A stretch of DNA of 61,264 bases, the filler included, from Circinaria calcarea (lineage: Eukaryota), in the NCBI GenBank assembly GCA_051942165.1. It is 8 parts of 8 records of this genome, joined end to end, with 100 filler letters (N's around TTAATTAATTAA, not from the genome) between each part and the next. Parts side by side here need not be neighbours in the genome. Positions count along the whole stretch, not along the records: positions 23,028 to 30,599 come from JAVECS010001293.1; positions 30,700 to 38,271 come from JAVECS010001294.1; 6 more parts are not named here. The stretch is one strand, 5' to 3'. Below the pieces are notes generated by a model, which saw only the letters and a program-made list of their open reading frames with translations, had not been told where the DNA came from and did no database searches. Positions 24,234-37,400 of this stretch are shown here, piece by piece (the stretch's first letter is position 1; each line of letters opens with the position of its first letter). A program made the position numbers and the translations under genes.

Positions 24234-25375
24234 TTAAGAGAGCTTAGCATATTCAAACGCGACTTGACGATCCGCTTCGGCACATAGTAGGTGCGCATCT
24301 GCGGCGGCTTGCAATGCGGCGGCCAGTCCTTCAATAACGAGTTCATCCACGCCTTGCCGTTTATACATAGGGAGGGCCTCATGCGATATCACTTTTATTT
24401 CGTCGGTCGAAGGCGTCGGCTTCCGCTGCAAAGCTTCCAAATCAGTTACAACCCTGCTTGCTTGGTCTCTTCCCCCCAGTCCACTGCCTTGCCCTCCTCT
24501 ATTTTGTATTCTGTTCGCAGCTTGACGTTTCCCAGTTACGCCGAACACTACGCCTTGTAACCTGCTAGGGAGTAGTATATTCTCAATGACCTTAACAGTG
24601 GAGGCTGTGGTAAAAAATGCTTGGCAGAAACCAGCACCAACCACGAAAGTGATGAAGACGTTTCGACTGTCATTTTTTCCAGCGTTGGGATCTAAAGTTC
24701 TCGTCCAAGTAAATCCTTGGTAGATGGTAAGGCCAAGTAAGAATGTGAAGATGGAGTAGGCCATCATTGTAAACGGAGCGGAAAGGACAAATAATGCGGG
24801 GAGCGAAGCTTTGATTTCGTCTTCCTCGCCTTCTCCTTCCTTCTTCGCTTCCGGTGGTGGAATCCTGAGCCAGTCACGTATTAGAACTGGTTGATAGAGC
24901 TTGCCGATGGTTCTTTGAAGCTTGCAGGCATAATATACCGAGAGACATCCGGCTACCACAGCGAAAAGTAGAAATGCCCGCGCAGTCCAATGAGCCAGAC
25001 TCAGATTTGGCAAAGAGAGGGCGGTGATGGCGACTTGAGCTATGATAGCTCCCTATCAGCAGCTTAGAATCGGGAGCTTCTTGACAAGAATCCCTTTCTC
25101 AAATTTCCTATTCAGCGATGACTTACAGCAACAGCTGTCATGTTGCACTCATCGGTGACCGACTGCCTAAAAGCTAAAGCTTCTTTATCGCCACCCCGAA
25201 GGACCACTCGCTCAACCCTCTCGTATTCATCTGCTGTATTTCGAAATATCGTAGACACAAGTAATGCCGTTGTCTGCCCATATGTATCCCCTAAAGCCGA
25301 AGTTTGTAATCTCAATACTGTCAGGATGACCTGAACAATCGTAACGGTGCTGGCGATGACGCTCAAGGGATCCAT
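24234..25375 (-). CDS. Hypothetical multi-pass membrane protein with MDPLS-type N-terminus, 2 exons (intron 25053-25126)
   Basis: MDPLSVIASTVTIVQV...; spliced CNMTAVA-GAIIAQVAITALSLP; four hydrophobic segments. Confidence 0.75.
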
Positions 25376-25729
25376 ACTTATTTGAACGCTATGGTCCTCG
25401 CTTTAAGATAGGATCCTACTCCACGGATCAAATGTTGAGCTTCAAGTAGTAAAGGTAGCTGGAACTACAGTAGTATCATTTACAATTACCCCGGACATGA
25501 ACTTTCGCTGACAGCCTAATACCTCAGCCTTGCAGTCAGCCTGATCAAGGTTTCGTGGATAAGGTAACCGTTGAACCTCGAGGCACATCAGTGCGGACGC
25601 AAAATCCTATATCGGAAGCAACCGCCTTTCCGTATGTATCAATCAAATACCATGATCCTACCAACATCAATGCTACCGCAGTTGGAAAGCGCCTCAGAAA
25701 AAGAAGACGCTCTCAGAGAGTGAATCATT

Positions 25730-26803
25730 CTATCTCTCCCACATTGTCCTTATGCTACCCTTCTCCCATTTCCCCAAGGGGATGGCCTCCCCCCCTCGCC
25801 ACTCCATTCCTTTATAATGCAGATGGCTTCTCCACGCCGGCTCCCACGGGGACTCCCCTGTGCCTAAGTCGACCCATCGTGTAACCTTTATCCGTCTGTT
25901 TGTGGAAACCCTCCCTATGTTCTCCTCCTCTTCCACTATAAATTCTGTCGGGCAAAACCTACAAGATCGTAATTCCGCGCAATTATCACAGAAGTCCGGC
26001 TTCTCCACCACATCACCACCAGACGAGTTTCTCCACGTATGGTTAAAGGCGCACCCCAACGTACTGACAAGCTCGTTTTCCAAAATGTCGCGGCTCGTCG
26101 TCTGGTGTGGACAAAGATAGACACGTACCTCTCGCACCTGCTCTAGGCCCTTGCGTTGTCGTAGTGGTGGAATGCGATGGTCGGCGCGCATAAGTAGCCG
26201 CCCATCCACGACCTTGAACTTCGCTGAGATGCGACATCCGTGGTCCAAGACGTTGGTGAAAAACAGCGAGGCAGGGGTGGGGAGACATCGGCGATTGAGA
26301 ATGGCGGTACGGATCGAAGAGAATGTGATGGCGCGGCCGGCAAAAAGGTATCTCAGGGCCTCGTTGTCTACGCGATGGCAAGGCCGTCCCTTTTGTTTGC
26401 TAAGAAGGCGTGTAGATAAGGAGGGCGGTTTGTCGTGAGGGTGAAGCTTGAGACAATGGAAGCAGGCATATTGCAAGGGGAGGTCCTTTGCTAAAAGACT
26501 GAGGAAGATTTGGCGTTCCTTCTTGTCGCCGTATACACCAAGGAAGCGGTCGGTGTAACGAGTTCCCAGGATCTGGCGGAGAGAACGGCCACACAGCGTA
26601 AGGACTGCGGCCGATGCAAGTGGCAGGTAGGTGGCAATGTGCTGGATTAACTCATTTGAAAGGGAGTAGAAAGGAGGTGTAGCCTGTGGGCTGGCTGCCT
26701 AGTTAGCTGTTGTGGGGTCGATGCCGCGGGCGCGAACAGACTTGTTCATGAGTACGACTGGTTTCTTGTAGGAAGCACTTGACTGTGTCTTGAACTTGTC
26801 CAT
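25730..26803 (-). CDS. F-box-like protein with Cys-rich C-terminus; one in-frame TAG at 26699-26701 (pseudogene or cryptic intron)
   Basis: 358-codon frame from ATG 26803; PFYSLSNELIQHIATYLPLASAAVLTLC (F-box-like), CFHCLKLH, LCPH, SCRFCPTEF, VTRWVDLG..SP...W. Confidence 0.65.
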
Positions 26804-27409
26804 TTAATTTTCAGCAACGAGGCATAAGGTCAAAGATGTATACGTTTCAGAGAGGAATAGGAGGAACTCGACAAGTTCAAAGAGGGACGCGGTTCAGAAT
26901 TCTCAGAGATGAATGGGACTGAGAGTTGTCTGTCCAAGATACTGCCACGGCCTCCTGCGAGCCCAACCTTTCAGTGCCGTAATCTAGAGTACACCGCAAT
27001 GAAACTAAATCCAATGTGTATCAAGAAAATCCTTCTTCCATCGCGCTGCAACCGCTGGTCCAAATCAGTTGATACTGTGACTAGAACACTGACCAGAAGC
27101 TTGCTAAGGAGGACGAGTAGACCTTCGCCAAGTGCTATGCCGCCCACATCAGCCCAACGGGGTTTGTTGGAGTTACACACGAACGACGACAACTCCCTAC
27201 CATCTTCAGGGTTTCTTCAACTGACAGCAAATGGTGCTTACCCTTCTTGGCTATGATTGAGATTGAGCCGAAGAAGTTCGACTACGTGATCAGTACTATG
27301 CTTTGACGAGTTGGGTTTGTTACCATGAAGTCAAATCCTGTCAGGCGTATACTTGACCGTTGGGATAGATGTGAACATGTTCTGGTTTGAGCTACGATCC
27401 AAGGACCGG

Positions 27410-27800
27410 GGGTTAGCGTTTATCTTATCTAGCTAGTCATCTATGTTCTGTCGTCGCTAATCCGGCTCGGAAAGAAAGACACCGTTGCTGTGGTATTCCT
27501 GCTAAAATACCTGCCATGGGGTTCCCCTTGGCAAACGTGATGTTTGTCGATCTATTCCCTATCGAAGAAACCCAAGATTCAGATCCCCTAATGGTCATAT
27601 GTCAGGGCTTACAAATTCTGGGTGGCAGCTTGGTGACCATGGCTTTTCGGAGATGGATCCGTCCTGTGGAAGAACGAGAAGTGGCAGAGAAAGCATTGCA
27701 GTCTAGTTCTACTTCGAAGGACAGGGAACGGAGTATTTGCGTATCAATGCAATACTATCAGCTCAGTAACGGTGCAGATAAAAGTCGAACAACAAAATAG
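27410..27800 (+). pseudogene. Fragment of a sodium/bile-acid symporter family 7 (SLC10A7/Rch1-like) gene, C-terminal part only
   Basis: LGKKDTVAVV..PAKIPAMGFPLANVMF..KIQIP/MVICQGLQILGGSLVTMAFRRWIR with frameshifts; no N-terminal part. Confidence 0.6.
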
Positions 27801-29501
27801 GTGCCTGAAGGGTACTGTCGAATTAAGCGAAAGGCTCCCATTGGATGCTTTGGTCTTACAACCCTAACCACCAAAATATCCGCACACATTGTTTATCAAC
27901 GATATCAGGACCCCTCGCGTCTCAGCATCCAAATCCCAGTGCACGGTCCTAATCTCGAGGTATAGTATCTAACCTCCGATCGAACACGTCCCTCTTCCTC
28001 CAAACGCGTCGAAAGCTCGACATTTTCACTTTTTTGAAGCTATACAGAAACCTCGACGTTCGACGATGATGGGTGAAAACCTCAATTGGGTATGGGGGAC
28101 CTCAATTAGGTTTAACGCCAGGGCTTCCGATCCGACCGCCTTTGCAAAGGATGATTGTTCTTCCGGAGGTGTTCCGTTTACTTTGGGTTCCCTAAATATA
28201 TCGAGATCCAATCCCCCCCGGAGCCGGCGTAGGCTTCGACCAAATCAATATCGGGGCTCTGCAACTTCTAATCTCCCACCACATCTCCTCCTTCCCAAAA
28301 CTGATTCGATTCCCAACTCTCCCAGCTTCGTCTGCCTTCTCCGTGCTGGACTCCAGCGATATGTGTAAATATTTGCGTGGGATATAGATCATACGCTTCT
28401 TCCGGTACTTGAACGCTCGCCTTCGGAACCGGTAGCTGCAATGGAATCTGCCTTATTTCTGTCCGAGGATGCCGGATGTAGATTCATAGCACTAGAGCTG
28501 GAAAACTGATCTAGGTCAGAGTGGGAAAGAGAGAGGATGAGGGTCGGTAGGAAAGATGCGAAGAAGGGCGGCAGGGAGGCAAGGGAGAAGGAGAGAAGGA
28601 GGTTACGCAGGAGTGGGGAAAGGACGATGTTAAGGAGCCAAAGGCAACACGACGAGAAGAAGAGTGGGAGAAGATCTAAACAGAGAAATCAGGACTGATA
28701 GTGAATAGAGGAGAGGAGATGTCCGACGTTCGCCCGATTTCACTTTTCTAGCACAAACGCGTGAATCAGTACTCGCATACGTAGAACCCCCTGATATCAT
28801 AAGGGAGCCCCTCCTCCCCCCCCCAACAGCTTTCCATACCGCTTAGACGAATGAAAACCCCAAGCCAAGGGTTCCGGGGCCAGGGGCAGGGAGGCCGGGC
28901 TCAGATATCGCGTAACGTCACTGGCACTCGAGCAGGGTGTGATACGGATATCCCAGAGGCGAGAGCGCAGTAAGCTATGCTGCTACTTCCTACTAAAGTA
29001 GAGGTGGAGATTGTCATTCTCCGAACCTGCTTCCGTACTTTGTGCCGTTGTGGAAATGGATGTGTGAAGAACTAGGGGTTAAGGGGGGATGGAAAGTAGG
29101 GGTTTATTGGAGGTAAAGGGGAACCGGGGGTAAGGATTATGAGGATAACGGGGACGGGAAGCAAAAAAGGGAGGCAGAGTGGGAAAAGTCAAAGTTTGAT
29201 ATGATGTTTCAGGTAGGGGGTAGATAGTTTTATCTCGATAGGAGTACCAGAGGATGGGTTGTTCTGATAGCTAGGCCGCTTTAGAAAACTTGGTGAGCAA
29301 GGTCTAGCGGCGTAGACAGTTGTAACCAGCTATGCCGGGTGGTTGTTCCTATAGACAGTGTAACACTATCAGAGTCACGGTTATCTGCAGTCTAATTATG
29401 AGAAGTACGTCCATCTTTCTAAGGGAAAAAGGTAGCACCGCGACTCCGATGAGGTGGATCAGCTCGACCGTGGCTAGAGTCTCAGGCTTAACTCTGGTAG
29501 C

Positions 29502-30599
29502 CTACTTGGTACGGCAGGATGAAACCGGCAATCCCTTCTGCACTGCTTGCCATTCGCAGTCTACCGTCGACGATCCATCATGCGCAAAGATTGTCAAGTT
29601 CGCGTGAGGCGGTAAGGCGTTCCCCCCCTTCAGTTTATTGTCTCTCTTCCCCCTCCCACCGGGAGCGCGGCATTGCTGAGAACCGAAGTAGGCTCGGCCG
29701 CCTTGCGGCGCTTTCAGCGGATGCTGGACGCAAGCCCCCATGAGCGTCTCCAGCGCGGTTCGGATTTGTGCCCAAGTGAGAGTCAAGGCTGCGGTAGCGG
29801 AGATGGCGAGATTACAGGATTCTAGGGTATAGTGTCAGCAGCGTTTGCCTGATCCTGTGTATCAGTTTTCGAGAGGGAATACTGCTCAGTTGAACACCTA
29901 CTTGTAGAGATGAGCTTGTTTTTCCCAGGGGTCAGCCGTATGGTATCAGATGGAGGCCCGAGCCCCTGCCATTGTATCTGAGTACAATCAACTATGGATG
30001 GACTTCCAAGCTTCGCGTCGCACTCGTATGTCATTTCGATAGGGTGGTCCCTATTGTATTCCCACCATTTTCCCGTACCGCCTTTCACCATATTTTCCCA
30101 TTTCTTGCCAAGTCTGCAAGAGGCTCCCCAATAATGCCGAAACAAGGGATTGCCATAGTCTTGCGCTTGAATAAAAGGATCCGCTAGTTCATCAAACCTA
30201 TCCTGTAGCAGCAGCGGGATATCCGGATCGGTGTCCCCTGGTTTGTATTGTCTTTCATCGGGCCCGCTGACTGTGACGGTTAAAAACCAAACATTGGGAG
30301 CTTTTGGAGCAGATTGTTAGTTGACATGGAGGATGGAACTAGCCATGATCTTACGGATATTCGGTATAGTTACTTTCAAGGCGAACAGTTAGTTTAGAAC
30401 GTTGACAGGGAGTTTGCAGAGCATACGAAGTTGATTGGGCGGTCCTATCCAACTCCCCGAGATTCGGATATATTCTAGCAGATGTGTAAGACCTTTCGTA
30501 ACGAAACCTCCAATTCCACCGCCGAGACGCACACAGTCGTTGATGACATGGCCGGCCATCCCACGGATTTCATCCGGGACAATCTGAATGGAGAAAGGA
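29502..30599 (-). CDS. Cys-containing hypothetical (probably secreted) protein, 5'-truncated, multi-exon
   Basis: PDEIRGMAGHVINDCV..GGIGGFVTKG, MTYECDAKLGSPSIVDC, CNLAI..LTWAQIRTALETLMGACV..GGRAY..NALPPHANLTIF..CEW; intron signals between exons. Confidence 0.65.
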
Positions 30600-30699
30600 N
30601 NNNNNNNNNNNNNNNNNNNNNNNNNNNNNNNNNNNNNNNNNNNTTAATTAATTAANNNNNNNNNNNNNNNNNNNNNNNNNNNNNNNNNNNNNNNNNNNN
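30600..30699. other. Artificial contig linker
   Basis: N44-TTAATTAATTAA-N44. Confidence 0.98.
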
Positions 30700-31314
30700 G
30701 AGGTATGCTGTGTAAGTGTCTTGACATGAGCTGCAACCTCATCTGCAACGTCTTTGATCTGGCTGTCGGTCATGTAGATGAATGCGTCTTCCAATACCGT
30801 TCCACGTTGGCGTTTCATGATCATAAAAGACCGGGTCCAAGCAGGATCGATCCACGCATGGATGATTTGGGCTGTAGGAATCTCGGGATGTCTGTCGTTG
30901 ATGAATTGAATAGTACCAGCTTCGGTCTGATCTCCTTCCTGCCAGCTGGCGACCTTGACCCACGTTTGAGGGGTGAGATGCCAGACGGCCTGACCTGTGC
31001 CTTCCAAGTCGTAGCCACCAACCTGTCCCCATCCGTCGGCCTCTGAAGTCAGGACTGGGTCTTGTGGCCGCAGGCACATGGTGGCGCCATCATCGGCCCA
31101 TTGTACCACAGCATCACTTGGCACAGAGTCGGGATTATCGTAGTGCTCACAAAAGTACAACGATCCCATCGCCCACCGCCCAACCAGCTTGACAGACTTG
31201 TCCACCGGAATGTCCATTTCCCTACCGCATGTTAGCGAATCATAGGAGAGCGGGCGCCTTGAAAGAGCAAGAAAGCAAGCCTGTGGTTGGACTGTTGACC
31301 TACTTAAGCACCAT
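30700..31314 (-). CDS. APH/choline-kinase-like phosphotransferase, 3'-truncated
   Basis: VKVASW...TEAGTIQFI..IPTAQIIHAWID..RSFMIMKR..GTVLEDA kinase-like N-lobe; short first exon then GTAGGT..GCTAAC..TAG intron. Confidence 0.7.
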
Positions 31315-32014
31315 CGTGTCTGATTGATTGCTTCTTCGCTAGAAGGCCACGTGCTCTATGAGAGGTAAACGAGAAAGAAGCTCTTTGCCGTGAGGACGGG
31401 TTGCTAGCTTTGTAAACTCTGCGATAAATGATAAAGTCTTAGGGAGTGGACTGTGTGAAAAAGAGAAATCGAGCCACTCCCTGAAGTTGACAGTGTTTGA
31501 TTTATACTGTTCTTGAGACGCAAGCAGCCATTCAAAAACTCGCATTTTCAACTCGCTGCAAACGTTGCTTATAACAAGGAGATAAGTCACGGAGGAGAAA
31601 CCAAAGACAACCACCTTCCGATCACAGCCAAGTTCCAGTATATTGACCGTTTTCGGCTTATTCTTCGCCGACGCCATCACACAGTACCTTTGCTGGCATC
31701 CAGTCTTTACCACCCTACTGCTGCATTCGGACACAAAGACTTCAAAGGCGAAAAAACGACCCCGGCAGCCACCAAGAGAAAACGCATTGAAGACTGACAG
31801 TTCGCCGGAAAGGAACCACTTCATCTTCTTCCCGAAGCGGCAGGTCACGTACGAGCATTGCAATGCAAAGATACCTAAAATGACGCGCTTCGGAGCATAG
31901 CCTTACAAGTCACGTTACCCAGTGGAAGCCCAAACCGGGCGGACTCGGCACCCGAGTTCACCGAAAACCACTCCGGGCCAGTATACATCGACTATTAGTC
32001 TGAAGCTACGGAGC

Positions 32015-32109
32015 AAAGTCCCACGCAAAACTTTTGGCGTGGGAAATTCAAAGTCCCCGGCGCTAAAGGTTTCCCACGCCAAAATTTGTACTGGGAAATT
32101 GAAAGTCCC
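32015..32109. promoter_or_regulatory. Cluster of interlocked direct and inverted motifs
   Basis: TTTTGGCGTGGGAAA (32032-46) / TTTCCCACGCCAAAA (32070-84) perfect inverted repeat; TGGGAAATT(C/G)AAAGTCCC twice (32040-57, 32092-109); regulatory role is inferred. Confidence 0.45.
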
Positions 32110-33456
32110 GGAATAGGCGAAATTCGGCTTGTCTCAGTAGCAATGGAGTGGATTTCGAAGGAAGGGAAGGTCGCATTGGGAAGATGGTATAGGATTGAAG
32201 CAAACCCTCTGTCGTTGGTAGCTGTAACAGTACGGCCTTAGTCCCATGCTCTGTTTGCGCCAACAAGAGCGTGATAGGAAGAGAACGCATACTCCCCTTG
32301 AATAGGTATGACTCCTTCCCCAATTCTCCATATTCGTACTGTCCGTTGGGTCAATTCCGTATCCGTCGGTTCAGACTTACTATATTTTCTGCTTCCCGCG
32401 CCAGCTGTATAACGCAACAGACGAGTAAATTCTTGAGGAAATCGAGACTAGGCAGGATTTGAAAGGATGAGAACCACACATAAAAGCCACAGAGTAAGCC
32501 GCATCCAAAACTATGACCAAGCTAAAAAGGAAGAAGTATTCTTTATAATATCATATTGACGACTGATGTTGTTATAACGACGCTATGCTCTTTGACACGA
32601 TCGTTGATATCTTCCTCGAAACGATATTGAGGATGGATATTCACCTACGGAGTACGGAATAGAATACCTGGAAGATCATGACGGGTTGAAATGGAATTGT
32701 CTTTGATTGAAATTTCACGACGAACTACGTCCTCAAATCATGGTAACTGTCTCCAAGCACGATGAGGTCGGCTCTAGAGATATCTACACTGCACATGGCA
32801 CATGTTACCTCGTGGGAAAGCTTAACTCCTGCTAGCGCGAAATCGATCATGTGGCTGGGCAACCAATAAACAAATGCCCCCGGACGATTTGACGAAAATC
32901 ATACCAGCCTTCCACTGCAACAGTGGTGGCTGGACCTCAATTTACTGCATCTACAAGTATCGAGTACACAAATACATCTTCTGAGCATCTGCAACCATTT
33001 CAACGACCATCTCTCGAACTTACAAAGTACATTTATTACAAGCTTCACAATCAATCGAGATCACCCGCTTCTGCGCCTTTTTGCAAATCCACAGCTACCA
33101 TCTTCCATTGGGCCTTGCGTTGATTGAAAGTCACCAAACTCTCAACTCCATATCCTCAGCTCGACTTGACCATCGCAACCCACCTCCTCGACCTTATCAC
33201 GCTTTTCTCCAAACACCAACCCACCTCCCCTCAATATCCCCTCGAAGGTCGATCCCCTCCCCAAACGATTCCGCCCACTCCAATCGCCACCTAAAAATCC
33301 CTCAATCTCTCCAATTCAGCCATCACCCCTCAACTTACCCATTTCTCCCGGGACCTCGCCCCTTCTTCATTCAACCACGCCCACTCCCTGCCTTCATACC
33401 TCCCCGTCACCAATCCCGCCCTCGGCCCTTCACCAATCTCCAACCACCGGGCAACC

Positions 33457-33606
33457 ATGGTCCGCCAAAACATCGCCATCGCAATCATCATCATCGTCCT
33501 CTTCATCATCCTCACGATCCTCGGCTACGTCATCTACGCGGTCCAGCACCAAGTCGGTTTCTTTGCGAGAGGGAGGAGGAGCGATAGCGACGATCTGGAG
33601 GCATAA
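33457..33606 (+). CDS. 49-aa single-pass membrane microprotein MVRQNIAIAIIIIVLFIILTILGYVIYAVQHQVGFFARGRRSDSDDLEA
   Basis: Strong CAACCATGG start context, C-ending codon bias, CT-rich leader, one clear TM helix, TAA at 33604-33606. Confidence 0.75.
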   Translation: MVRQNIAIAIIIIVLFIILTILGYVIYAVQHQVGFFARGRRSDSDDLEA

Positions 33607-34481
33607 CAATAGTGGTGGTGGTGGGGGAAGGAAAAATGGAGGCCATAATGGAGTTGGAAAGAAAGGACGGAGGGGAACGGGAAAAGATCGTATCTGGAAA
33701 ATGGAAAACTGCCCCGTTGTAGAGAAGAGCAAGGAAACCCCCTTTTTCCGGAGGCCGGAGAGAGATGGAAAGATCAGAAGCGTCTCGTCTTTTATCTTAT
33801 TTAGAATAGCGAGGGGGGGGAGATACCATACTGCGCGGCGAAAGGGAGGGGAAAATTCCGGTTGAAATGATTACGAATCCCGAATATACCGTCAGCTTTC
33901 GATTTTTTTTTTCTTTCAAAAAATGGTCTTGATTATCTACCCCTTTTAATCCTTGACGGACATTTATAAAACTTCGTCTCTCCGTTATCATGCTTACCCA
34001 AAAAGAAAAAAACGAAGAAATTCCGACGGTATGTGGGGACACAAGTGTAGATTTCTCATGCATCGATACGGTCAAAGAATACAGACAGGCACACGTTCCC
34101 TTGCCCTTTAAGTCTAATGGGGATAAAGGTTTTTCCCCTCGCAAGGTCTTTGTGCTACGTATAGGTTTGGCCCCTCAGCCAGACACAGCAGCAAGCACTA
34201 GATTGTTAGATTGCAAAGTTCATTCGCATGCCATAGCAATTCTTGTAATCTGCTAACCACCCCAAAAACCTAACCTAACCATGCTAGAAAGGAAAAGGGG
34301 GGGGGGGGTATCTTGGAAAAAGAATGCTACCGATAACGGGAAACTAACCCCCTAAATTGCCCCCTCCTAGCAATACCAATAAACAGCACCGGCAGTGGAA
34401 AAGCCGTTTACTGGATAATCAAATCCACAAGGAGCTGCGGTGCCCCTGTATGTACTCTGAGCCTTCCCATGCCTCAGATCC

Positions 34482-37400
34482 TCATTGAACGCCAAACCCT
34501 TGGCAATTCGCAATCGCCAAACCCAGCCTCTCCTTCAAGATCTTCCGACTCGAGTACTCCGGCAGCAAGAGGCGGCCGAAGCAGGTATAGCTGGTGGGGA
34601 GGCGTTCATCATCAGTCCCGCTCCTCTGGATCACAAACATGATACTGCGAACCCCATTGACAGGAATCCGCTCGCTGGCCGTGACGAACTCCAGCAGACG
34701 CTGGACCTTCTTCCTTGGGTAGGCCCGGACCACGGACCAGAAGTCCCTGATGACGCGGTGTTCCGAGGACCATCCGCCCTCGTACTTGGTCGTCTGCTCC
34801 AACTCGTCGAGGTTGATTTCTTGACTTCCTTCAATCACCGTCTGCAGAGTTTCCGGGGTGAAGATGGACAAGGCTTTCTTGTCGAGGCAAGTGTAGAAAC
34901 CACGGGCAAAGGCTTCGTATTGCGGCCGGATGGACTTGTCGGTGAGCCAGAAGATATAGTCTTCAACATAATTTGCGCGATTCGAGTTATTGACTAGCGT
35001 CGCTTCACTCTCATTGGACCTTGCTAGAGAAAGTGGCCCAGAATGCGTCTTCTCGACCGACTTCTGATATTCCGTATCGAGAGCCAAATGCAAAGGAGAT
35101 ATCTCAGAACGATCTATGGCAATCCAACTATCACTACTATCATTCGAAGGCTGCGATGAAGCCATGGATGATCTGGGATGAGTAGTTGTTGCCTCCTGAA
35201 CCTGGTCAGTTCCAGAAGGTAAGCATTTGGTTGGCTCTTTGCCGTTAGCAAGCACGTCCAACGGCCAATCATCTTCTCTGCCAATATGATCCATATCGAC
35301 AGAAATCCTAGCACCCAGCACATCCACACTAAAAGCATATGACACTGTGAAGACACTTTCAACATTTTCTTCCGGCCATTCAAGCATTTCTTTAAATCCC
35401 TTCGCCAGATCAGGCCATCCGTCTCGGATGTGCTCGAGACTAGTCACAGGCAAGTCCAACAGCTTCCGATACAGAGCTGATGGGAAAGTGATTGGGAGGG
35501 TGAGTCCATTGTAAACTGCCAAGGACACTAACAGACCCAGCAGTTCGAACTTGTAGTGAGGCTCGAGAGAGCATGGAACAAACCAGGACATCTTTGTAGC
35601 TGTATCAGTGGTAAAAATACCTAAACATTAAATCCAGTCAGTTAGCATCAATAAGCTGACTAGGTCTACAGTGCATACCGTAGTCAGGATTCATCGCCTC
35701 ACTGATAGCTAAGCGAAAGAACTCCTGCTGTACACCACCATGATCGACTCCCTCTTCACCCTCATCCATACCCATACGAACCTTTAGCGGCTTCATCAGC
35801 TCTCTTCGCTCGCGCCGCCACAGCTGATTCAAAGAATCTGTCAGGATATTGTCACGCCGGATCTCCAAGACGAGGTGACTAGCTATGGCAGTCTTCACCT
35901 TATCTAAAACACGTGGATCATTCGGACCCGCGACATTAGACATCTGTATCATTAGTCGAGCTGTCGACATGGATGATTCAAAGGCCTTCGACATTGCTGC
36001 ATGGTTGATAGACCGAAAGTAGGTTACCAAAGTGATTTGTGGAAACAAAAAGGGGTAGTACAGCAGATGAACTGCATCTCTTGGCGTTTGGGAAGTTAGC
36101 CATTGTACCGGCATTTCCATAGGATCTAGCCTTTCCGAAAGGAAAGGTGTGTAAAAGACTTCCGGCTGGAGCTCGAGAAGGGCCTTGTGGCTATCTAATC
36201 ATGAAATTAGCATCAACCGACCATGTTCCTGAATTCTTTCTTGGTAGGACTAACAAAGACAGCCCATGAAGTCGAGAGCCCCCCCTACAACGCTGGATTT
36301 GGAGACCTCTGCTTTACCATCCCATTCTTTAAGTAGAATGTTTCGCAGCCATTCAAGCGTTAGTGCTGAGAACGAACACGACCTTAAGTCATCCACCATG
36401 GTTTTACGATCATGGCAAGAGGAGTTTCGGAACATCGTGGGAACTTGCAGAAATTGCATCAGCGTCTCCATAAAGCCTAGAGCGTGATTCTCGTTGTGGG
36501 AACTCCCAAGATCCTTGCCGTTTTGTGTCTCTGATATTGCTGTTAAGCAACGCCGTGTTGCAAAGATCCGTATCAGTCTCTTCATCAAAGCTATCGCTAG
36601 TTCATCTTCAAATGCATCCATGATCTCTAGCACAGAATCAACAGCACCCGAACCTACCACGTCTCCTGTGTTGGCATAGGCCACATGACCCGAAGCCCGT
36701 AACTCCACGATCTTGAGCCATGTCTCTCGCGAACAAGGAGGTACAGATGCGACTATGGCTGCGAGTGCTACCTTGACCATGTGCACCGCGTCTGAATCAC
36801 TCATTGCTTTTCCCTCAAGTTTTTGCATAATCTGGCTGGAATCTTTTACACAAGGAGAGAAGTCCGCAGTTCTGGATATATGACGATCCTTAGATATAAA
36901 ATATCTCCTACGAGAATCGATTGCAAACGTGCATGCAAGGCTGACCCAAAGGCTAGAAAATGCAAGTTGGGGATAAGCCCCAATATACTTTAGTTTGTTG
37001 AAAGCGGTAAGCATTGTAATATGATCGTAGGATTGCTGCAAATGTATTGGGACTTCTTGTACTGGTGTTCTACCATCATTGACTCCCCTGAAGGATTGTA
37101 ACACAGCTTCTGTTGAGCTCAATATGTGAACCATTGATTGGACCGAGAAGGATGAAATGTTCAAAGGGTCACGAGAAGGAAGAAAACAAGTACGGGAGAT
37201 CGGCTCCGTCCGTCCAAATAAGCGGCCCGGGCGTTCCTGCTCCTTGTCTGCTGGTTCATCAGCCCTCTTAACAGTACATAAAGCCTCGATATTGGATGAG
37301 GTAAAGTGTGACAACGTTGCAAATTGGTTAAATGTTGATAAATTAGAACGAGCTCCTATTGCGGAAGGGGGCCACTGGTGATGAGCTTGATAGTCGATTA

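Noticed and set aside
27950..28500. Possible gene remnant on the minus strand
   Set aside because: Multiple stops and no assignable homology
31339..31900. 174-aa minus ORF and overlapping plus ORFs
   Set aside because: No ATG in good context and no recognisable domain
33081..33865. Several overlapping 100-168 aa ORFs
   Set aside because: Low-complexity shadows of the 49-aa gene and its CT/GA-rich UTRs
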